A DNA stretch of 64,000 bases, taken from NCBI GenBank assembly GCA_963837315.1, contig CAWINE010000013.1:75780-139779 (forward strand). Reading direction: 5' to 3'. The position numbers were made by a program, and so were the translations under genes. The stretch's first letter is position 1, and every line of letters begins with the position of its first letter. The DNA is from an uncultured Chloroflexia bacterium. Its GTDB lineage: Bacteria > Chloroflexota > Chloroflexia > QHBQ01 > JADMIH01. The notes below the pieces were generated by a model. It was given only the letters and a program-made list of their open reading frames with translations. It did no database searches and had not been told where the DNA came from. Positions 37,907-45,890 of the stretch are shown here, one piece after another.

Positions 37907-39016
37907 TTGGACCCGCAAAACCTCACAGCCAACGCCTCGCTCAACCGCGTGCGAATCGTGGATCTGCCGGGCGTGCGGCTGGGAGAGGAAGATATCAAAG
38001 GCAAGCTCGCCTTCGACCTCCTCTCGGCCGGCGCGCTCGCAAAGTGCATCGGGCAGCAAGCCGGCCAACTGCTGCTGCCCGATGCCGACCTCTCGCAATT
38101 GCCTTTGCTGCTCGACCACTGCTTCGAATCGGAGAGCAAAGCAGCACGCCAAGCAGCGGAATCGATCGCCCGGCGCTACGGCCGCCGCTTAGGATATCTC
38201 ATCGCCACTCTGAAACGAGGTGACGAGATAAACAGGCAAGCGCGCCCACAATGGGACGATTCCTACTGGCAACAGTGGGCCGTCATACGTGAGATCCGGC
38301 TGGGCGGTGGGCTGGTAAGCGGTCACCTGGGCCAACAAGTCGTGCAATATGCCCAGGAGGCTCTCGAAAGCGCGTATGTATACGATTGCACCGTTTCGCT
38401 GTCGGAGTTCCCTTACCTGCTGCCCCTGATCGGAGCGGCCAGGAGCACACCCACCGATAACAGGGCCATGCTTGTGTTCGACTTCGGCGGCACCTACGCC
38501 AAGCGTGCACACGCCTTCTACAACGACGGGACACTCACCTCATTGAAAGTGCTACCCAGGCAAGCAGTCCGGAGAGCAGAACCTGTTGCCGGCGAAGAGG
38601 GGGAAGAATATATGTACAACAAAGCCCTCAGTCTGGCAGAGCAGATGGTAATCACGATGGCGGACACCTGGCAGCAGGCCGTCCGATCCGGCCTTGATCT
38701 CTCGCCCCGGATAGTGGCGGCTATAGCGAGCTACATGGTCAACGGTCGCCCCGAGTTCAAGCCAGAGCGGGCTTTACAGCGAGCTACACCGCCTTCCCTC
38801 AGATATCGAAACCTGGTTTACCGAGGCCCTGGGCAACCGCCTCGGCCAGCCTATTGCTATCACCTTCCTGCACGACGGTACAGCAGCCGCCCGAGCCATC
38901 GCAGGCCCAGCTACAAGCCTCACAGCCGTGATTTTCTCGGCACGGCCCTGGGCGTAGGCTTCCCGCCGTCAACAAAAGGGCTGCGGCCAATAGCGCAACC
39001 GCTAGCCGTGTCATGA
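37907..39016 (+). CDS. ASKHA/ROK-like (sugar-kinase-fold) protein with two compensating frameshifts
   Basis: TTG-start ORF containing MLVFDFGGTYAKRA. Between ~38760 and ~38935 the annotated frame is low-complexity (RYRNLVYRGPGQPPRPAYCYHLPARRYSS), whereas an alternative frame reads SGLYSELHRLPSDIETWFTEALGNRLGQPIAITFLHDGTAAARAIAGPATSLTAVIF and then rejoins LGTALGVGFPP. Confidence 0.45.
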   Translation: MDPQNLTANASLNRVRIVDLPGVRLGEEDIKGKLAFDLLSAGALAKCIGQQAGQLLLPDADLSQLPLLLDHCFESESKAARQAAESIARRYGRRLGYLIATLKRGDEINRQARPQWDDSYWQQWAVIREIRLGGGLVSGHLGQQVVQYAQEALESAYVYDCTVSLSEFPYLLPLIGAARSTPTDNRAMLVFDFGGTYAKRAHAFYNDGTLTSLKVLPRQAVRRAEPVAGEEGEEYMYNKALSLAEQMVITMADTWQQAVRSGLDLSPRIVAAIASYMVNGRPEFKPERALQRATPPSLRYRNLVYRGPGQPPRPAYCYHLPARRYSSRPSHRRPSYKPHSRDFLGTALGVGFPPSTKGLRPIAQPLAVS

Positions 39017-39118
39017 TATAATCGTCCCGGCTGCAGATTCTGGCGATCACCTGTAACTGAACACAGCGCAACCATAAGCCTGCGCACATCACCCCTGCAC
39101 CCCCAATAACCATAAAGA

Positions 39119-39193
39119 ATCTCTGCGAACCTCTGCGCGCTCTGCGCCTCTGCGGTGAGTTAATGGTAAATCCGCATTCCGCATTCCGCAATT
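39119..39193. repeat. CTCTGCG block + (AATCCGC/ATTCCGC) arm
   Basis: atctctgcgaacctctgcgcgctctgcgcctctgcggtgagtt (39119-39161) matches the right arm of the 56789-56929 element and is followed by aatccgcattccgcattccgcaatt (39169-39193). Confidence 0.85.
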
Positions 39194-39195
39194 AA

Positions 39196-39204
39196 TGATA
39201 TAAT
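39196..39204 (+). promoter_or_regulatory. extended -10 (TGATATAAT) positioned for a leaderless purC transcript
   Basis: TATAAT lies at 39199-39204, followed by 6 nt (cgtccc) and then the purC ATG at 39211. There is no Shine-Dalgarno sequence. Confidence 0.5.
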
Positions 39205-39210
39205 CGTCCC

Positions 39211-40128
39211 ATGCTGAACAGACCTGTTACACAGACGGAATTGCCTCTGCCTCTTTTCCACAGGGGCAAGGTGCGCGACACCTACGATATGGGCGACAGC
39301 CTTCTCATGGTGGCTACCGATCGCATCTCGGCTTACGACTCGATCCTGCCCACAGGCATCCCCTGGAAGGGACAGGTGCTGACGGCCTTTTCGGCCTTCT
39401 GGTTTAACGTGACCGAGCCGCTGGTGCCCAATCACCTTATCAGCGCCAGGCCCCGCGATTTCCCCTTCGAATGGCGCGGATGGCCGAAGGCCCAGCAGGA
39501 CCAGATCTGGGGTCGCTCGATGCTGGTCCGGAAGGCCAAGCGAATTGATATCGAGTGCGTGGTGAGAGGCTATCTGGCCGGGTCTGCGTGGAGCGAGTAC
39601 AACAAAGACGGCACAGCGGCGGGCATTAAGCTGCCCGACTGGTTGCATGAAAGCCAGCAGCTTGTCGAGCCGATCTTTACCCCCGCGATCAAAGCCGAAA
39701 ACGGCCATGACGAAAATATCACCTTTGATCAGATGGTAAGCATGGTCGGGCAGGAGCTCGCCGTGCAACTGCGCGACGCGAGCATGCGCATCTACAAGGC
39801 AATGGCCGAGCAGGCCCGCCAGCAGGGCATCATCATTGCCGATACCAAGCTGGAGTTCGGTCTCCTCAACGGCGAGCTGATCCTGATAGACGAGCTTGGC
39901 ACACCCGATTCCTCCAGATTCTGGGAAGTAGCCAAATACAGGTTGCAAGGCCCTCAGCTGAGCCTCGACAAGCAGTATGTGCGCGACTGGCTCACCATCT
40001 CAGGCTGGAACCGTGAGCCCCCGGCCCCCGCCCTCCCCTCCGACGTGGTCCAGAAGACCTCCGAAAAGTATCTCGAAGCCTACAAGCGTATAACACGCCG
40101 CGACTTGCAGGGAGAGTTATATCCTTGA
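39211..40128 (+). CDS. purC: phosphoribosylaminoimidazole-succinocarboxamide synthase (SAICAR synthetase)
   Basis: 305-aa ORF containing LFHRGKVRDTYDMGDSLLMVATDRISAYD and IIIADTKLEFG. Confidence 0.95.
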   Translation: MLNRPVTQTELPLPLFHRGKVRDTYDMGDSLLMVATDRISAYDSILPTGIPWKGQVLTAFSAFWFNVTEPLVPNHLISARPRDFPFEWRGWPKAQQDQIWGRSMLVRKAKRIDIECVVRGYLAGSAWSEYNKDGTAAGIKLPDWLHESQQLVEPIFTPAIKAENGHDENITFDQMVSMVGQELAVQLRDASMRIYKAMAEQARQQGIIIADTKLEFGLLNGELILIDELGTPDSSRFWEVAKYRLQGPQLSLDKQYVRDWLTISGWNREPPAPALPSDVVQKTSEKYLEAYKRITRRDLQGELYP

Positions 40129-40129
40129 C

Positions 40130-40432
40130 GAGTTGTCAGTTGTCAGTTGTCGGTTGTCAGTAGACGGATAACCGACGACAGACGACCATTTTATTTCAAC
40201 GCCAAGACGCCAAGACGCCAAGGATTTTACGGTTTGAACCACAAAGACACAAAGATCACGAAGGTTTCTATGGGTTTGAATCACGAAGAGCACGAAGGAC
40301 ACGAAGATCACTAAGGTTTTTATGGGTTTGAATCAGAGAGTGCACAGAGTATACAGAGATCACTTAATTTATCATGGTTTACGGTTTACGTTTTTGCGCT
40401 TCACTGCCCATCGTCTACCGACAACTGACAAC
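40130..40432. repeat. composite nested-palindrome repeat element (copy D)
   Basis: It starts 2 nt after the purC stop. Outer arms are gagttgtcagttgtcagttgtcggttgtcagtagacgg (40130-40167) and cgtctaccgacaactgacaac (40411-40431). The inner left arm caacgccaagacgccaagacgccaagg lies at 40197-40223, and the inner right arm is missing. Confidence 0.9.
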
Positions 40433-40440
40433 GAGGAACA

Positions 40441-40719
40441 ATGCAAAAATGGCTCGCTAATATAAGAATCACCCTCAAGCCGGTCGTGAACGACCCGCCT
40501 GGCCTGGCGATACGCGATGGGCTGCACAACCTCGGCTACAGCAGCGTCAATACAGTGCGGGCAGGCAAGTATATCCAGCTTTATCTCACTGCCGACGACC
40601 ACGACGCCGCCGAATTGGTGGTCAACTCCATGTGCCAGCGCCTCCTCGCTAACCCGGTCATCGAAGATTATGCGTTCGACGTGCAGGAAGTAGAGCTGTT
40701 CCCATCTGTAGAAGAATGA
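40441..40719 (+). CDS. purS: phosphoribosylformylglycinamidine synthase subunit PurS
   Basis: 92-aa ORF containing ITLKPVVNDPPGLAIRDGLHNLGYSSVNTVRAGKYIQL. Confidence 0.9.
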   Translation: MQKWLANIRITLKPVVNDPPGLAIRDGLHNLGYSSVNTVRAGKYIQLYLTADDHDAAELVVNSMCQRLLANPVIEDYAFDVQEVELFPSVEE

Positions 40720-40723
40720 AACC

Positions 40724-40873
40724 GATTGCGGATTGCGGATTGCGGATTAGTCTTTACCGCCAAGACGCCAAGATCCGCCAAGGGCCGCCAAGATTTTTAT
40801 TGGTGTAAGCAGTAAGCAGTAAGCAATATCCGCAATTCGTAATCCGCATTCCGCATTCCGCATTCCGCATTCC
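40724..40873. repeat. composite repeat element (copy E)
   Basis: Outer arms are (GATTGCG)3 (40724-40748) and atatccgcaattcgtaatccgcattccgcattccgcattccgcattcc (40826-40873). Inside are a GCCAAGA block (40756-40793) and (GTAAGCA)3 (40805-40825). The element ends 3 nt before the mrp ATG. Confidence 0.9.
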
Positions 40874-40876
40874 CCC

Positions 40877-41671
40877 ATGCCTACCTCAATCCCTAATGTC
40901 CGCCGTATCATAGCCATCGCCAGCGGGAAGGGCGGCGTCGGTAAGACTACTGTGACAGTGAACCTGGCGCTCGCTCTGGCGCTTGACGGGGCGCGTGTTG
41001 GGCTGTTCGACGCCGACGTTTACGGGCCGAACGTGCCGATCATGCTGGGCGTTCGACGCAGCAAACCCGCCAGCGGCACCGCGCCCATTGGCCGCGCCGA
41101 CAACACGCCTTATATCAAGCCGCTGGAGCGATATGGATTGCGCGTGATGTCGATCGGGTTACTGGTGGGCGAGACCGAAGCCGTCATGCCCGACCCGAAC
41201 TATATCGGCCTGCTGGTTTTGCGCACCCTCAAAGACGTGCTGTGGGGCGAGCTTGATTATCTGCTGATAGACCTTCCGCCCGGCACAGGCGAGCCACAGA
41301 GTATGCTGGCAAGGACGGTGCGGATAGACGGCGCGATCGTCGTGACCACCCCGCAGGACCTATCACTGCTGGACGCCGGGCGCTCGCTGGGCCTCTTCCG
41401 CAAAGCAGATGTCCCAATCCTGGGAGTTGTCGAGAACATGAGCTACCTGATCTGCCCCCATTGCGGCGAGAAAATAGAGGTCTTCCACCGCAGCGGCGGC
41501 AAATGGGCCGTCCAGGACGAGGAGCTTGAGCTCCTTGGCCGCATTCCCCTCGACATCGGCATCAGCAAAGGCATAGACGCCGGCCACCCCCTGATCGAAG
41601 CCTCCCCGGACGCGAGAGAAGCGGCGGTATTCAGGGAGATAGCAGGCAAGATTGAGAGGAAGCTGGGTTAA
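40877..41671 (+). CDS. Mrp/NBP35-family ATP-binding Fe-S cluster carrier (ApbC-like)
   Basis: 264-aa ORF with the deviant Walker A IAIASGKGGVGKTTVT and a CPHCGEKIEVF motif. Confidence 0.85.
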   Translation: MPTSIPNVRRIIAIASGKGGVGKTTVTVNLALALALDGARVGLFDADVYGPNVPIMLGVRRSKPASGTAPIGRADNTPYIKPLERYGLRVMSIGLLVGETEAVMPDPNYIGLLVLRTLKDVLWGELDYLLIDLPPGTGEPQSMLARTVRIDGAIVVTTPQDLSLLDAGRSLGLFRKADVPILGVVENMSYLICPHCGEKIEVFHRSGGKWAVQDEELELLGRIPLDIGISKGIDAGHPLIEASPDAREAAVFREIAGKIERKLG

Positions 41672-41684
41672 ATGCGCGGCCGCG

Positions 41685-41900
41685 GTCTGTCATTCTGAGT
41701 GTTATGCCAACTATATTGTTGGAGGAAAGAGGGCCCTCTCTTTTGTCATTCCGAGCTTAGCGAGGAATCACCACGGGGAGTACTGTGCTCGGATCCAAGC
41801 GCCATCTCTCCTGCAGTGATTCCTCGCTGTGCTCGGAATGACAAAGGCAAGGGGCTCTCTTATTCCCAATAAAATAGCCGGCGATGCACTCAGAATGGCA
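41685..41900. repeat. nested palindrome of the GTCATTCCGAG...GAGGAATC family
   Basis: Outer arms are gtctgtcattctgagtg (41685-41701) and cactcagaatggca (41887-41900). Inner arms are tttgtcattccgagcttagcgaggaatcac (41742-41771) and gtgattcctcgctgtgctcggaatgacaaa (41816-41845). Confidence 0.85.
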
Positions 41901-42072
41901 AGGTCATCGTGGCTCACCAGGCACCGGCTTTGCTTCACCCCGCAAGACCCCGGCGCGCTTCGCTCACGAACCTCTGCCCAATATGATAAAATCAGACCAG
42001 GCACACTCAGCACGAGCACGATACAACCATGGTTAAGCAGTAAGCAGTAAGCACCTCCAGGAGAACCCACCA

Positions 42073-42813
42073 ATGAAAGTAGGAGTAGTCGTTTTCCCAG
42101 GCTCGAACGGCGACCATGACGCCATATACGCTATGAGCGAAGTACTTGGGCAGGACGCGGAGATCGTCTGGCACACCGAGACGAGCGTCAGGCGCTACGA
42201 CCTGGTTATCCTGCCGGGCGGCTTTGCTTACGGCGACTACCTGCGAGCGGGAGCAATAGCCCGCTTCACTCCTGCTATGGAGGCGGTCAAACGATACGCC
42301 GAGGCGGGTGGGTGGGTGCTGGGTATCTGTAACGGCTTCCAGGTGCTCGCTGAGGCCCACCTCCTACCGGGGGCGCTGCTAAGGAACTTTGATAGATCAA
42401 CCGGCAATCTCTCCTTCGCATGCCGGTGGGTGCATGTAGCCAAAGAGCAATCACCGTGCGCGCTGCTCGATGGCGTGCCCGAAGGGACCGTCTGGCGGCT
42501 GCCCATCGCGCATGGCGAAGGGCGCTACTACGCCGACCCCGAAACCCTCACCGAGATCGAAGCGAACGGACAGGTCGTCCTGCGCTATTGCACTCCGGAG
42601 GGCTTCACCGATCCATCGGCCAATCCTAACGGCTCGTCGCGGGCCATCGCGGGCGTATGCAACCTGGCAGGCAATGTGCTCGGCCTGATGCCCCACCCCG
42701 AGCGAGCAGCCGAAGCGTTGCTTGGCGGGGACGATGGACGCCTGTTCTTGCAATCGGTGCTGGCCGCATGGACCGCCCACCAGGAAAAAAGGGAGCCGCA
42801 ACTTGCGCGCTAG
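42073..42813 (+). CDS. purQ: phosphoribosylformylglycinamidine synthase glutaminase subunit PurQ
   Basis: 246-aa ORF preceded by the SD aggag. It contains MKVGVVVFPGSNGDHDA, the catalytic GICNGFQVL, and MPHPER. Confidence 0.95.
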   Translation: MKVGVVVFPGSNGDHDAIYAMSEVLGQDAEIVWHTETSVRRYDLVILPGGFAYGDYLRAGAIARFTPAMEAVKRYAEAGGWVLGICNGFQVLAEAHLLPGALLRNFDRSTGNLSFACRWVHVAKEQSPCALLDGVPEGTVWRLPIAHGEGRYYADPETLTEIEANGQVVLRYCTPEGFTDPSANPNGSSRAIAGVCNLAGNVLGLMPHPERAAEALLGGDDGRLFLQSVLAAWTAHQEKREPQLAR

Positions 42814-42940
42814 GCACTCAAGTGGGCCGGTCATCGACCCCGTAGAGCTTGAGCGTAAGCTACAGGCCGAGCAGGAGCAGAGCGGTTCCAGGGACGACGA
42901 GCGCCCGGGACCTGTTGGCGGCTGGACGTTCCTGCAAAAG

Positions 42941-44245
42941 ATGGTGGTGGCCCTGGCCCTGGCCCTTATCGTGGGCTACTTGCTGCTCTGGGCGCAAAAC
43001 GTGCAGGACACGGGCGGCCCGCAGGGCTACATCCGCGGCAACGCCCAGCGCGGCCCCATCGACTTCATCTCCACTCTCACCGGAGCGCAGGTGATACGTA
43101 ATGGCGACGCCGCCCAACTGTACAACCTCGACGTGCAGCGTGACGCCCAAAACAGCATTTTCGACGGCTATCGCCCGCCCCTCGCCACCAGCGAGATCCT
43201 CCCTTACAACCACATGCCGTTCGAGGCGCTCCTTATAGCACCTTTCATGAACCTCCCTTATCCCATTGTGTTCGCCCTCTGGACCCTCCTTTGCGGTGTC
43301 GCTATCGGCATGTCCCTTGGCCTGATGGACGGCGCTTTGCCGGTGGCACGCCCAGTCGGCTGGGTGCTGAGCATGGCGGCCTGCTCTTACTTGCCCCTTA
43401 TACGCGGCCTGATGCTGGGGCAGAACTCGGCCCTCGTGCTACTGGGGCTGTGCGGGCTTTACGTCTCGCTCAAGCGCGGGCAAGATGGCTGGGCCGGTGG
43501 CGCGCTCGTGCTCGTGGCCCTCAAGCCGCAGATATTGCCTGCCGTGCTGCTTTTGCTGGTTTTGGAGCGGCATTGGAGAGCCATTGGCGTCTTCGTGAGC
43601 GTGCTGGCCGGGATGAGCCTGGCAGCCATGCCTCTCCTGGGCATCGGCTGGCCTTTTGACTATATAAAGCTGCTGCTGGGAGTGGCAGGCTGGGGCAGTA
43701 CAGGCGCTATCGACCCAGCCATCATGCACAACTGGCGCGGCTTCTTCACAAACCTGCTGGGTGGCGTGGCGCCTGGGCTCGTGACACCCCTCTTTATTTT
43801 GCTATCGCTCGCGTCGCTTCTGTTACTGGCGTGGGCCTGGTATCGCTCGCGACCGCAGGCTTCGTCCGACTACGAGTACGAAGAAGAGAGCGACCCCGAA
43901 GTCCAGCGCGGCTACCTGCCCCGTCGCGACCTATTGTGGGCGCTCACGGGTATCGCGGCGGTGCTCACTTCTCTCCACCTCAACCCGCACGATCTCACTC
44001 TGCTGGTCTTTCCGGCCTGGATAATCGGGGCCTACGCCACCTCCGGCCTCTGGAGCAAAACTGTCTCGCGTATCTGGCTTGCCGTTCTCGCAGTAGGCTA
44101 TATCCTCGCTCCCCTCACGCTGGCCTACCCTGCCAACGTGGTCATCCCCAGCGTGCTGTTGATGGCTGTTGCCTCGGGCTTACTCGTCTGGCAGCTCGCA
44201 GGCTCTCGCGCTGCGCAAGGGCAGATGGCGGCTGCACCGGCCTGA
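42941..44245 (+). CDS. polytopic membrane protein, GT87/DUF2029-like glycosyltransferase
   Basis: The ORF opens at 42722 but overlaps purQ by 92 nt, so ATG 42941 (MVVALALALIVGYLLLW) is the more plausible start. It has LYNLD...PYNHMPFEALLIAPFMNLPYPIVFALWTLLCGVAIG followed by many TM helices. Confidence 0.55.
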   Translation: MVVALALALIVGYLLLWAQNVQDTGGPQGYIRGNAQRGPIDFISTLTGAQVIRNGDAAQLYNLDVQRDAQNSIFDGYRPPLATSEILPYNHMPFEALLIAPFMNLPYPIVFALWTLLCGVAIGMSLGLMDGALPVARPVGWVLSMAACSYLPLIRGLMLGQNSALVLLGLCGLYVSLKRGQDGWAGGALVLVALKPQILPAVLLLLVLERHWRAIGVFVSVLAGMSLAAMPLLGIGWPFDYIKLLLGVAGWGSTGAIDPAIMHNWRGFFTNLLGGVAPGLVTPLFILLSLASLLLLAWAWYRSRPQASSDYEYEEESDPEVQRGYLPRRDLLWALTGIAAVLTSLHLNPHDLTLLVFPAWIIGAYATSGLWSKTVSRIWLAVLAVGYILAPLTLAYPANVVIPSVLLMAVASGLLVWQLAGSRAAQGQMAAAPA

Positions 44246-44379
44246 CAAATCTGGTCAATCACAGCTTCACCAATGTTATCGAAATAACGGTCGCGAGGTG
44301 GCGTCCGACTTCGTTTCCATTGTTTGCTTGATTGGTATTCTACACCTTGCGAGCATAAATCAAATTGGGGCGATCTCTT

Positions 44380-45864
44380 TCAACCGGCGAGAACCCTGCC
44401 CATTGGCGGTCTCTCCACGGGCCCGAGGGCGCGCACTTCGAACATGCTTGGGGCGGAGTCGCTCCGCGCTGAGACGTGCTTGCCCTCGATCTCTTTTTGC
44501 AGGCGCTCGGCGATCTCGGCAGCACAGCGGCGCATGTCGGGGTCTTGCAGGCGGCGGGCCATGATTTGGAGGATGTCTATGGCGCTTCTGACAGCGGGCG
44601 GCGGCGGGAGGCTCGGCTGGTGATGCTGTAGCTCGACCTGGGCGATGGCGTTGGTGCCGTACTGGGCGGCCACGGAGAGAAGCAGGCCCAGCTCAAGATT
44701 CTCCCCGGCGAACACCGGCATGCCCAGCATTGTGTCGCGCCTGGCGGACAGATCGCGGCTGAAGGGGGCCACCACCGCGGCCAGCGAAGGGCTGAGCACC
44801 TGCAAGAGGGTGCGCGGAGGCAGCATTGCGATCTGCCCCGCCGAAAGGGAGGCAAGGTCGGACGGCTTCAGAGCCTGCACCCGCACCTTCTCAGAGAGAG
44901 CACCTGAATCGCGGTGCGGCACGATAAAGTCTCCCCAGCTCATGTCCGCGACTGCGAAATCTTCGTCCTTACCCTGGTTAGCCGAGCGCGCAATGCCTGA
45001 TGTCTCGGCCTGGCCAAAAGCTTTCACCAATTGGAGCCCCGAATTGCGCAGCAGTGGCCCCGCCAGCGAAAGCGCAGTGCTGGGGTGGAACCGCTTTGCG
45101 CGAGGGTCCAGCCATACAAGGATGTCTCCGCGCATCACCGCAAGGCTCTTCCACCAGCACTCGCCCCGACCATGCAGGTCGCCCTGCGAGGGCACTATCT
45201 CGCTCGCCTGGTATACCTCCACTCCCAGGTCTCGCGCTCTTTCAAGAGTAGTGTCGGTTGAGCCTGCATCCACCACCACTATCTGGTCGGCAATGGGGTG
45301 CATCTCCATCAGCACACGCTTCAGGCCGGTTAGCACCGAATAAATGTGTTTGTCGTCGTTGGAGGTCAGCACCCCAATGCTCAGGGTGAGGCCGCTTGCC
45401 TGCTTGGCTCTCAAGAACTCTTCCGGGTCTTTGAACTCGTCGCCGTGATAAGTATGTTCCACGAACCAGTGCTCGAACGGCATATCGGTCCAATGCTTCC
45501 CGGAGCGCCCGGCCCTCACCTTGCGACTATACCCCGCCAGGTCGATCGAGGCAGGAGTGCTCACAAGGAGCATCGGCGGCCCTTTTACCTGCGACACGCG
45601 CATGGCTACGGAGCTTTCCGCCGGACGGCGGCCGTCATTCAAGCCAATATCGGTCGCCGCTCGCTGCTCGCCACGCGCTACCGGGGAAGGGAGGCCCATG
45701 ATGAGGAGGTCATCAGGGCGGGTCTCGCCCAGCAAAGCCTCTACAGGGTCGGCTTGTCGAGTCAGGATGCTCTCCACCGGCACCGTTACATGCTCGCGCA
45801 TCTGCTGCATCTGCTCGTTGAACACGATATAAGGCTCTTCTCCCAGAGCCTCTACCTGCGTCAA
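44380..45864 (-). CDS. glucosyl-3-phosphoglycerate-synthase-like GT81 glycosyltransferase domain preceded by a C-terminal half of a USP domain
   Basis: TTG-start ORF containing VVVDAGSTDTTLERARDLGVEV, GRGECWWKSL, LQLVKAF, AIAQVEL and GPVERPPM, which parallel known GpgS motifs. The DxD position reads WLDPRA. The N-terminus (VPVESILTRQADPVEALLGETRPDDLLIMGLPS) is the second half of a universal-stress-protein fold. Confidence 0.6.
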   Translation of the reverse strand: MTQVEALGEEPYIVFNEQMQQMREHVTVPVESILTRQADPVEALLGETRPDDLLIMGLPSPVARGEQRAATDIGLNDGRRPAESSVAMRVSQVKGPPMLLVSTPASIDLAGYSRKVRAGRSGKHWTDMPFEHWFVEHTYHGDEFKDPEEFLRAKQASGLTLSIGVLTSNDDKHIYSVLTGLKRVLMEMHPIADQIVVVDAGSTDTTLERARDLGVEVYQASEIVPSQGDLHGRGECWWKSLAVMRGDILVWLDPRAKRFHPSTALSLAGPLLRNSGLQLVKAFGQAETSGIARSANQGKDEDFAVADMSWGDFIVPHRDSGALSEKVRVQALKPSDLASLSAGQIAMLPPRTLLQVLSPSLAAVVAPFSRDLSARRDTMLGMPVFAGENLELGLLLSVAAQYGTNAIAQVELQHHQPSLPPPPAVRSAIDILQIMARRLQDPDMRRCAAEIAERLQKEIEGKHVSARSDSAPSMFEVRALGPVERPPMGRVLAG

Positions 45865-45890
45865 TTGCGGATTGCGCGGATTGCGGATTA
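45862..45890. repeat. single AATCCGC-type arm at the junction of the two ORFs
   Basis: The plus-strand sequence is caattgcggattgcgcggattgcggattatt. It supplies the TAA that ends ORF 45888..46661 and the TTG that starts ORF 44380..45864. Confidence 0.85.

Noticed and set aside
39160-39948. 262-aa minus-strand ORF (similar cases: 1486..2361, 13206..14102, 35475..36017, 48517..49335, 60172..60861)
   Set aside because: Each lies opposite a well-supported gene (purC, the debranching enzyme, the beta-lactamase-like gene, pepN, PP2C, lgt). They are shadow ORFs.
42722-42940. Long N-terminal extension of the GT87-like gene
   Set aside because: It would overlap purQ by 92 nt in another frame. ATG 42941 immediately precedes the first TM helix. 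I kept it only as an alternative start.
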